Translations under genes and position numbers: made by a program
Notes under the pieces: generated by a model
Told to the model about the DNA's origin: nothing
Databases searched by the model: none
What the model saw: only the letters and a program-made list of their open reading frames with translations
Shown: positions 55,762-63,347 of the stretch, one piece after another
Layout of the letters: each line of letters starts with the position of its first letter
Numbering within the stretch: position 1 is the first letter of the stretch
Virus record (IMG/VR): IMGVR_UViG_3300036772_000557
Location: 26,449 to 90,448 of that record
Reading direction: 5' to 3' (one strand)
DNA: 64,000 bases
From: a virus

Positions 55762-56616
55762 TCACTGCACGGCGGTGAGGGTGACGTTCTGAACGGTTCC
55801 GCCGTCTTTGCTGACGCCGGAGCCTGCCGGATCGATGTAGAGGCTGCTTCCAGATAGGGCAAAGGTGCCCCCGTCATTACTGTAGGGCTGCGCAAAACCA
55901 ATGGTGCCAGCAAATGGGTGGCTCCCGTTCACATCGTCGCTCCAATCCACATTTACGGTAGCGACCGCGGTGCCGGGAGGGCTATCGGCTGTGATCGTCG
56001 GATTAGCTGGATTGAAGCTCATCACGAGGCTCGGAGGCGGCGGCGCGCTCGGGGTAAAGGAGATATCCACCCAATAGTTGCTCGCCTGCCAGGTACTGTT
56101 AGGCCGCAGCAGTGACGATCCGTAGATGTAGACCCCGTTTCCCAAAGGCGCGGCGCCGTTTGCCAGCGCGATCAGCGGCCCCGAGGTTACCTGATTGGCC
56201 AACCCTTGCTGGTCATCGGCGTAATGGCCGCCCTTGACGAAATAGGTCGCGATGTAGGTTTTGTTGGCCGTGATCGTCAGCGGCGTGGAGAAATCCAGCT
56301 CTTCCCAACATGGCACCGAGCGGCAAGGTTCGGTGGAGACGCTCTTGAAGGCCAGCCGCGCGCCGCTCGTGTCATCAAAGATGCCGACCGAATATCCGCT
56401 CGAGCTCTTCGCGCCTCGGTAAAACCGCACGCCCTTAATGGTTCCGGCCTGCGTGCTGTAGAACTGCACGCCGAGAGTGACCGAGTTCGTGTCGGGATCG
56501 ACCGGTGTCTTGGGAGTGTCGGTCCCGAAAAGCGTAACCACCGTCTGCGCGTGAGCCGTCATGGAGAGGAGGGCTGCCGCAACAATCAACAGCCACGCCG
56601 TCGAGCCGATTTTCAT
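55762..56616 (-). CDS. Secreted DUF4082-domain protein with C-terminal truncated cadherin-like domain
   Basis: D..SV.LGV.F.S..AG.I.GVRFY...W....F.TP..I.AN.TY.A.Y...NGVY.YG....P...SNYWVD..F; ends TVQNVTLTAVQ. Confidence 0.85.
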   Translation of the reverse strand: MKIGSTAWLLIVAAALLSMTAHAQTVVTLFGTDTPKTPVDPDTNSVTLGVQFYSTQAGTIKGVRFYRGAKSSSGYSVGIFDDTSGARLAFKSVSTEPCRSVPCWEELDFSTPLTITANKTYIATYFVKGGHYADDQQGLANQVTSGPLIALANGAAPLGNGVYIYGSSLLRPNSTWQASNYWVDISFTPSAPPPPSLVMSFNPANPTITADSPPGTAVATVNVDWSDDVNGSHPFAGTIGFAQPYSNDGGTFALSGSSLYIDPAGSGVSKDGGTVQNVTLTAVQ

Positions 56617-56631
56617 AACGATCCCCCAGCT

Positions 56632-56652
56632 TGTCATGCAAATGTCATGACA
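56632..56652. promoter_or_regulatory. Candidate operator: TGTCATG direct repeat (11-bp period), second copy in the palindrome TGTCATGACA
   Basis: Lies just downstream of the predicted promoter and next to a divergent RHH gene. Confidence 0.5.
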
Positions 56653-56660
56653 GGAGCAAC

Positions 56661-56689
56661 ACGTTATGGTTCAACCAGCATTATGTCAA
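56661..56689 (-). promoter_or_regulatory. sigma70-like promoter TTGACA-N17-TAACGT driving the accessory block
   Basis: Perfect -35 (56684-56689), 17-bp spacer, TAnnnT -10 (56661-56666). Confidence 0.65.
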
Positions 56690-56712
56690 CACCGCTGTCC
56701 TAAATGCGACCG

Positions 56713-56898
56713 ATGAAAACCGCGAACATGCAGGTCCGCCTGACGCAACCGGAGAAGGAAGCGTTTGAGAAAGCAGCGCAATTGTCCGGAATTTCGCTGT
56801 CGTCCTGGGTGTGCGAACGGCTCCGCAGGGCGGCGATCGTCGAATTGCGCGAAGCGGGTCTCTCGATCCCGTTCCTGGAGGGATTCGGTGACGATTAG
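56713..56898 (+). CDS. Ribbon-helix-helix protein (DUF1778/CopG-like)
   Basis: MQVRLT..EKE.FE.AA.LSG.SLSSW....L..AA. Confidence 0.8.
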   Translation: MKTANMQVRLTQPEKEAFEKAAQLSGISLSSWVCERLRRAAIVELREAGLSIPFLEGFGDD

Positions 56899-59408
56899 TC
56901 TGCCATCCAGGGGGTAAGCCAGCAGCGGCACCCGTTATGCGCGAGCGGCGCGGCATGTCCTGACGGGAACAGATGCCCGAGCCGCACCGGGCTCGCGGCC
57001 TCGTTCAATAGACACGTCGCCTCGACTTTGAGGTCAGCGACGGTATTCCAATACGAGCCCTTGACCCGGTTGCTCGCCTTGAAGGCCCGCATCGTCGCGT
57101 CGTGCAGCGCGCTCTTCGTCTCGTAATCGGCGATCGCGCGCGCTCGAGTTGGCGAGAAGGCGTAGGTATTTTGGAGTACGCCGGTCAGCTCCTCGACCGT
57201 GGACTTTTGCGCGATCGCCTGACGCACATTTTCGGCAATCATGCGCGCGGTCGAATCCGTGATGTCGAGATCGGCGGTCGTGTCCGGGATAGTCCGGCCG
57301 CCGACATGGCTGCGTCCGACGAGCTCGGCTGCCCGGTCCCGGGCCCATTTGCGTGCCTCGGCCTTGGCCGCCTCGACCTGAGCGTCGGTCAACTCCGCAT
57401 GGACCGCAGCAAGCGTATCGGAGATGGTCTGTGTCGCCGTGTCCTCGAGGTGCGGCGCGATCTCGCCGACGATGTCGTTCCACCGCGCGAAGTCGATGCC
57501 GGCGATTGCTGCGGCGGCTGCTGCCGAAAGCTGTCGATTCCGGTGCGCATCTGCGGCCGGGGTGACGCCGTGCTGATCCGGATCCGTGTGGTCGGAGGCC
57601 TTCGAGTTATAATTTGAGTTATAATTTGAGTTATATTTTGCGGTCGTTTTCCGCGCGAGCACGTCGCGCGCGACGCGTGGCGCCTCGCCCTTAAAGAAGA
57701 CCTCGATGCTCCGGGCTATGCCGTCCCGCGCCGTCGCCAGATAGCGCCTCGACGCCGGATCGCCAAAAGGGTCGGTGCCTGCTTTGGCTACCCCCTGAAC
57801 TTTAGCAGATTTAGCAGGGGCTTTTCCGGTTGGAGCCGGCTTGCCCTTGGGCTTGGCCGGCCCCTTCCCCGGCGCACCGCCGCCGCCCATGCCCGCGCCG
57901 ATCGGCGGGGGCGGTGGCGGGTTTGCCATGTTGTCGCTGATCGCCGCGACATCGCTCAGGAGCACGGGACCGGTTGGTAGATAGATCATCGGATCATCGC
58001 CGCCCTCGACCGGATCCATGCCGAGCACGTCGCGCGCCTCATTAAGCGTGTAGCTCCCGTTCCGCACATAGGTATCGAGGATCGTGGCCTGTTCAGCCGG
58101 ATCGAGGTCGCGCTTCTCGGCCCACGCGAACTCCAGGTCCGCATAGCCCATCAAATCCTGGATCACCCCGTCGCACAGACGCTTGACCCAGGCCATGATC
58201 GGGGCGAGGCCTTCCTCGAGCGCCACCTCTTGCGCGGTCTGCGCGGTCGCTCGGTTGACCTGATGCGTGAAGGCGCTCGGCGGCAATGAAAAGGCGTAGC
58301 ACACGATGCGCGCTAGCCACTCGTCGAACTCGTCCTTGTAGGGCGGCTCGGTGAAGGGCTGGTATTTGGCTCCGAACGGGCCCCAGATAAGGCGTGTCTG
58401 ATTTTGCAGATTGCCCGCCAGGATGGAGTTGAACCATTCCGCGTATTCGGCGATCTGCTGGGGACTCCAGCCTTCGGGACTATTCAATAGCCCGGGCGGT
58501 ATGTTCCCGTCCGTGAAATGAAGTAACTGCTTGGCCTGCCGGCGCAAGCCGATGTTGATGGTCGTGTAAATTTGCTCGATTGGGCTGAAGCCGTAGCCCT
58601 TATAGATCCGCGGGTTGCGGGGCAGGTAGATCAGCTGGCCGTCGTTGAACTGGTTGACGACGTCGCCCTCGTCGGTATTGGCCCTGCTGCCGTCTTCGAG
58701 GAGCACCCATGGCCGCCCGTGAATGACCTGCTCGTAGGCCGGCGCCGGGGGTCGCGGGCGGCGCCCCGTCTCATCGAGCAGCACTTTGATGGTCGAGCCG
58801 TCGACTTGGTCGAGGCCGATGATCTCGTTCGCGCGATTGCGGCGCACTTCGAGCGCTGGCGCATCGATCACCAGCACGTCGTCGAGGAGCTCGCGGATCC
58901 AGGTCGCGAACGGCCTGATCCCATCTGGCTTGCGAAAGAAGTCTTCGATCTCGTCGCAGCGACTGTCCGCCTCTTTTTTCGGGTCGCGCGGCTTAACCTG
59001 AAATTGCTGGGACTCGATTTGATCCTTACGCGTCTCGATCGCAAGCCGGGTGATGTCGTGGCCGCTTGCCAGCGCGCGCAACTCCTCAAAGCCGATTGGC
59101 TCATAGGATCGCGGCCGATAATTCGTGTTCCACGCTGTGGGGTAATTCCACAGCCGCACATTTTGCCGGTCAGTTGGCACCAGCGGATAGTTCGGCGAGA
59201 ACATTCCCGCCGTCGGCTGGAACACCGGCGCGAACTGCGAGATGTCGCCGCGCGCATTGCCGCTCAAACCAGTCGGATCATTGCCCATAGTGTAGCTGGC
59301 GATTGGCGCGCCTTTTTTCTGCTGCGGCTGCCCACGGAAGCGCGAGGTCAGCCAGCTCACCATGCCGGCAAGAGAGGTTTGCGAGCCGCCAGAACCGGGA
59401 GCAGGCAT
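56895..59408 (-). CDS. Portal protein fused to a Mu gpF-like minor head domain
   Basis: AIETRKDQ...YGFSPIEQI...F.DGN.P...DEFDEWLARIVC.AF..PP...TLNEAR..LG.DP..GGD; C-terminal RAR.IA..ET...P.AH.GCRC. Confidence 0.92.
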   Translation of the reverse strand: MPAPGSGGSQTSLAGMVSWLTSRFRGQPQQKKGAPIASYTMGNDPTGLSGNARGDISQFAPVFQPTAGMFSPNYPLVPTDRQNVRLWNYPTAWNTNYRPRSYEPIGFEELRALASGHDITRLAIETRKDQIESQQFQVKPRDPKKEADSRCDEIEDFFRKPDGIRPFATWIRELLDDVLVIDAPALEVRRNRANEIIGLDQVDGSTIKVLLDETGRRPRPPAPAYEQVIHGRPWVLLEDGSRANTDEGDVVNQFNDGQLIYLPRNPRIYKGYGFSPIEQIYTTINIGLRRQAKQLLHFTDGNIPPGLLNSPEGWSPQQIAEYAEWFNSILAGNLQNQTRLIWGPFGAKYQPFTEPPYKDEFDEWLARIVCYAFSLPPSAFTHQVNRATAQTAQEVALEEGLAPIMAWVKRLCDGVIQDLMGYADLEFAWAEKRDLDPAEQATILDTYVRNGSYTLNEARDVLGMDPVEGGDDPMIYLPTGPVLLSDVAAISDNMANPPPPPPIGAGMGGGGAPGKGPAKPKGKPAPTGKAPAKSAKVQGVAKAGTDPFGDPASRRYLATARDGIARSIEVFFKGEAPRVARDVLARKTTAKYNSNYNSNYNSKASDHTDPDQHGVTPAADAHRNRQLSAAAAAAIAGIDFARWNDIVGEIAPHLEDTATQTISDTLAAVHAELTDAQVEAAKAEARKWARDRAAELVGRSHVGGRTIPDTTADLDITDSTARMIAENVRQAIAQKSTVEELTGVLQNTYAFSPTRARAIADYETKSALHDATMRAFKASNRVKGSYWNTVADLKVEATCLLNEAASPVRLGHLFPSGHAAPLAHNGCRCWLTPWMAD
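57604..57639. repeat. 12-bp AT-rich tandem repeat (GAGTTATAATTT)x3 encoding YNSN repeats in the portal-gpF linker
   Basis: Seen directly; the third copy has one mismatch. Confidence 0.9.
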
Positions 59409-59441
59409 TTTCAGCTACTCCCTTATTCCAGCGATATTAAT

Positions 59442-60587
59442 TCAAGCAGCTGAGCGTAATTTTGCTGCTGCTCGATCTGTGGATTTCGGCGCGCTGATGC
59501 GGCGCTCGGCCATCGCGGCGTAAGCGGGGTTGAGTTCGATGCCGATGCAGTCGCGCCCTAGCCGATCGGCGACCAGCGCTGTCGTTCCGGCACCGAGGAA
59601 CGGATCGCAGACAGTGGCCGGTATTGGATCGCCAGCATTGCAGGAGCAGGAGGGGCGCCAGCCGATGGTCGCGTTGCTCGAATACCAAGGCGCCTCACAC
59701 TTCGGGCAGACGCCCCGAGCGGAGGTGCCGGCGAGGATGCACGGCTCGACCAGAGCCGGCGGGAAGGTCGCGAAATGCGCCTCGGGATAGGGCGAGGTCG
59801 CGATCGTCCAGACCGAGCGCTTGTTGCGCGTCCCAGACGATGAATATTCTTGGTCGCCCCGATGCGCATTGGCGGCGACCAACTGTTCCGAGCGTCCAAA
59901 GCGAGATAATGATCCGCCCCGAGACTTTCCGGCTGGATCGACGCTTGGCTCCTTGATCGCCTCGCCGTCGTAGTAATAATGGGCCGTTTTGCTCAGCAGA
60001 AACAAATATTCATGCGCCGACGTCGGGCGATCACGCACCGATTCCGGCATTGGGTTAGGCTTCGACCAAATGATGTCTCTCCGCAGCCACCAGCCATCGG
60101 CCCGTAGGGCGAGCGCCAGCTGGGCGGGAATCATTAGGAGGTCTTTGGGCTTATATGCCGTTTGCAGCGACCGTGAGCCTTCATCTTTCGCTTCGGTATT
60201 GCCGGGGAAAGCCGGGTTCCTCGCCGCCGCCGCAACTTGTACTGGGGATAGGGACTCGAGTTTTGGTCCTCCCCCAATGTGCCCATTGCCACGCAATGTA
60301 GAATGTTTGCTCGGCGGGCCACCTCGGCTCTGTCCCAAGGAAGCGTAGCTATCCCCGATATTGAGCCACAGCGTGCCGTCCTTGCGGAGCACCCGCCGCA
60401 CCTCGCGGAACACCGCAACCAATGCGGCGATATATTCGTCAGGCGACTTCTCAAGTCCAATCTGCCCCGACACCCCATAGTCGCGCAGTCCGTAGTACGG
60501 CGGGCTCGTCACGCAGCAATGCACGCTGTCGGCAGGCATGGCACGCAGGCACGCCAACGCGCTGCCGATCTGAATCGAGATCGCCAC
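59442..60587 (-). CDS. DNA methyltransferase (N4-C/N6-A, beta class)
   Basis: TSPPY, IW.KPNPMPESV.DRPT.AHE, HFATFP, DPF.G.GTT. Confidence 0.93.
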   Translation of the reverse strand: MAISIQIGSALACLRAMPADSVHCCVTSPPYYGLRDYGVSGQIGLEKSPDEYIAALVAVFREVRRVLRKDGTLWLNIGDSYASLGQSRGGPPSKHSTLRGNGHIGGGPKLESLSPVQVAAAARNPAFPGNTEAKDEGSRSLQTAYKPKDLLMIPAQLALALRADGWWLRRDIIWSKPNPMPESVRDRPTSAHEYLFLLSKTAHYYYDGEAIKEPSVDPAGKSRGGSLSRFGRSEQLVAANAHRGDQEYSSSGTRNKRSVWTIATSPYPEAHFATFPPALVEPCILAGTSARGVCPKCEAPWYSSNATIGWRPSCSCNAGDPIPATVCDPFLGAGTTALVADRLGRDCIGIELNPAYAAMAERRISAPKSTDRAAAKLRSAA

Positions 60588-62015
60588 TCAACCACCATCT
60601 TCTCGCTGCTGCATTTCGTATTCCACGCTGCCCCGCGCATATACTGGCTTTGGCGCCGGCGGCGGTTTCGGTTTCAGAGACTCGGCTTTAGCCTTGGCCC
60701 AGAGGAAATGACCCTCGCTCGCCATCTGCTCGACGAGGAGATCACTGAATGCCCAGACCAGTGCGTCGACGCGGTCGGGCGAAAACCCTGCCGCGACGCG
60801 GTCAAAATCCGTCGTGAACCCGCACATCTGATCTTCGAGTGTCGGGAACGCGCCGACGTGATGGATGCGGCCTTGCTCGTACAATGCCGCGACGGGCTCA
60901 GCCCGCACGACTTTGCCACGCGTCGCTCGCACTGCGGAATAACTCACATTATTGTCGACCATGCGAATGGTCGCTTCGACCATGTCGCCGCCGTTGTTGA
61001 CCTCGGCGACGATGCGGTCGGCCTTGTGCTGCCGGTAGAGAGAGATTGCCTTGCGCGCCCATTCGGTAGGCGGATAGCGCCCGGATTGATCGGCGAGCAC
61101 ATAACCGTGTCCGTCGGCGTCTTTGCCGGCGACGATGATGCCCGTTTCGTCCGAGTCCTCGCCGGTGGACACTGCAGGATCGATTGCTACTGCGATCCGC
61201 ACTAGGTCAGGCACATTCTTGTGCACTGGCCAGCGCGATGCTTCGAGCAATTCGCGGTTCCACAGTGCGCCCGGAACATCGTCGAGGAGCTCGGCGTTGA
61301 GTTCCTGGCGGCCGAGGCGGGTGCCCTCGTACTTGCGGATGATCTGGTGCAGAAAGCCCGGTGCCAAATTGGCCCGGTTGTCGTATGTCGAGCCGCGCGT
61401 GATCACCGTGGTTGGGTCGGTGAGGAGCTCGCGGATGATCTTGATCGGCTTTGGCGTGGTGGTAACGACGACGCGCGGGTCATCACCGAGACGCAGCCCG
61501 AACATGAGCATGTCCCAGGCTTCCGGGTAGCGCCAGCTAGCTATCTCATCGCACCACGCGGCGTCGTGCTGCGGCCCGCGTAATCGCTCTGGTTCGTCGG
61601 CGCTGTAAGTCGTGGCGATGGCCCCATTGGGCCAAGTGAGCCGCCGCTTCGAAGGTTCGTAAAGCGGCCGCTCTTGCGGTAACCCGATCGCAAGAATTCC
61701 GCTCTCGCCCTCGACCATGACATCGCGGGCGTCGCCAGCCGTTGGTGCAACTAGAGCGATCCGGCGCCGACCGTGGTTGATAACCTGATCTTGCACATAT
61801 TCCGCGCCGGTTCGGGTCTTGCCGAAGCCGCGACCAGCCAACAATAGCCATGTGCGCCAGGCACCGGCCGGCGGTAATTGATTAGGCCGCGCCCACCATT
61901 TCCAGCCATGCTCAAAGACGGCAATATCGTCCTCATTCAGGCTTCGTAAAAACGCCGCTCGCTTCAATGGCGGCAGCAATGCGATCGAGCTTACGTCCGA
62001 CACGTTCTCGTGCAT
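60588..62015 (-). CDS. terL: Terminase large subunit
   Basis: AGRGFGKT Walker A, W.DE Walker B, VTTTP, AIDPA and SPDR.DALVWA nuclease motifs. Confidence 0.95.
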   Translation of the reverse strand: MHENVSDVSSIALLPPLKRAAFLRSLNEDDIAVFEHGWKWWARPNQLPPAGAWRTWLLLAGRGFGKTRTGAEYVQDQVINHGRRRIALVAPTAGDARDVMVEGESGILAIGLPQERPLYEPSKRRLTWPNGAIATTYSADEPERLRGPQHDAAWCDEIASWRYPEAWDMLMFGLRLGDDPRVVVTTTPKPIKIIRELLTDPTTVITRGSTYDNRANLAPGFLHQIIRKYEGTRLGRQELNAELLDDVPGALWNRELLEASRWPVHKNVPDLVRIAVAIDPAVSTGEDSDETGIIVAGKDADGHGYVLADQSGRYPPTEWARKAISLYRQHKADRIVAEVNNGGDMVEATIRMVDNNVSYSAVRATRGKVVRAEPVAALYEQGRIHHVGAFPTLEDQMCGFTTDFDRVAAGFSPDRVDALVWAFSDLLVEQMASEGHFLWAKAKAESLKPKPPPAPKPVYARGSVEYEMQQREDGG

Positions 62016-62358
62016 TCGACGCGTCTATTTCCTTGTGTTCGATCACCGCGGTCTCTTTCCAGCCCATCTGCGTCTTGGCAAAAAAGATCGCGGCGGCGAC
62101 GCGCGCGCGCCCGTCAGTGACAGGCGGCCGGTTGGGAATCGGCATTCCGATGATCGTCGAGAAGATAAATTCGCCGACCTGCACCTTTGCCTTCGTCGCG
62201 CCCGTTTCGAGCTCTTCCTTGAAGTGCTTCAGCAGCGTCGGTTTGGTTATGCCGATCGCGCGGGCGGCTTCGTCGTGATTGATCCCGTAGCGAGCCATTG
62301 CCTCGACTTGGCCGCGCTGCCTCTCTGTCGGCTCAAATCCGGGGCGGCCACGGGTCAT
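61933..62358 (-). CDS. terS: Terminase small subunit
   Basis: HTH (IGI..PTL.KHF..EL..G) and AAIFF.KT..GW.E motif, directly upstream of terL. Confidence 0.85.
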   Translation of the reverse strand: MTRGRPGFEPTERQRGQVEAMARYGINHDEAARAIGITKPTLLKHFKEELETGATKAKVQVGEFIFSTIIGMPIPNRPPVTDGRARVAAAIFFAKTQMGWKETAVIEHKEIDASNARERVGRKLDRIAAAIEASGVFTKPE

Positions 62359-62448
62359 TAAAATATTCTCACGTTAAAGCGGAATTCAACTGGACTTCGT
62401 GCACGCGTGGAGCGTGTCTGTGTCTGCGTCGTTATTGGAGTAGGCCAA

Positions 62449-63174
62449 ATGGAACAGACCACTTTCACGAAGCGCAACAATGCCAAGCGGGCGGCGGAGC
62501 GCATGATCGCTAAGGGCGATGCACCTAGCATCGATTACAAACTGCACGAACGCGAAGACGGCCGTCTCGAGATTCAATGGAAGACCGGCGTAGTGACGAC
62601 TGAGGAAACCAGCGAAGACCCTTGGGCTGATCCCGAAGAGGAAACGCACGACGGTGCTGAAGATAACGGCTTAGGCCCAGACCCCTGGCCCCCGGGCGCT
62701 CGCGTCCGAGTAGCGGTGACGAAACGCAAGATCCGCACGGGAACCGTCGACTACCAAGTCGACGAGAAATATTGGCGCGTGTTTCTCGACGGGCCCGCTA
62801 AAATATCCAACCTCTACCGAGGCGACCAACTCTCGGCACCCGGCGCCGATGCTCCAGAGCCGGCGCCGAAGGCGCGCGCAAAAAAGGAGCGGGCGGCGGC
62901 GGCGGCCCCGAAACGTACGAGCAAGACCGCAGAGTTAGACGCGGCGGCCGCTCGCGGCGTGATGCCCGAAAAGCCGATCTGCACCTCAGAAGCCAATAAA
63001 AAGCAGTATCAGCCGCGCTTCGACTTCCTCGCCGAGCGCGCTGCAGCGGGCGATTGGGACGCCGTGCGAAATTACGAGGTCAAGGGCGTCAACAGCTACG
63101 CGAAGATGGTGAAGCAATACCGCGAGCGGCTGCTCACCGCGCACGAGGCACAGCAGGCGAGCGAGGCCGCGTGA
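62449..63174 (+). CDS. Hypothetical protein, antisense insertion between methylase and terS
   Basis: GGAG RBS before MEQTTF; 241 aa; good coding character. Confidence 0.65.
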   Translation: MEQTTFTKRNNAKRAAERMIAKGDAPSIDYKLHEREDGRLEIQWKTGVVTTEETSEDPWADPEEETHDGAEDNGLGPDPWPPGARVRVAVTKRKIRTGTVDYQVDEKYWRVFLDGPAKISNLYRGDQLSAPGADAPEPAPKARAKKERAAAAAPKRTSKTAELDAAAARGVMPEKPICTSEANKKQYQPRFDFLAERAAAGDWDAVRNYEVKGVNSYAKMVKQYRERLLTAHEAQQASEAA

Positions 63175-63347
63175 TGGAAGGCATAATCACGCCTTGCCGC
63201 TGGTGGCTGCGGTGGTTTTGCCGCGCGCCTATTCAGCCATGCGCGCTGGACTGGCAATGTACGGTCTGCAAAAAGTTCCCGAGCCGCCTTAAACACCGGA
63301 CGGAAGTCGATCAGGCAGCGGCCTCGGGCCTCGGCGCCGCTTGCTGA
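63174..63347 (+). CDS. Small Cys-containing hypothetical protein
   Basis: TGATG coupling to the upstream gene. Confidence 0.35.
   Translation: MEGIITPCRWWLRWFCRAPIQPCALDWQCTVCKKFPSRLKHRTEVDQAAASGLGAAC

Noticed and set aside
56713-56898. DUF1778-GNAT toxin-antitoxin pair
   Set aside because: No GNAT toxin follows; the RHH gene converges directly on the portal stop.
32088-62358. Gene transfer agent or contractile tail/tailocin
   Set aside because: Despite the GTA-like spike base, the size, methylases, HNH and accessory load indicate a genuine phage, and no sheath or baseplate wedge genes are seen.
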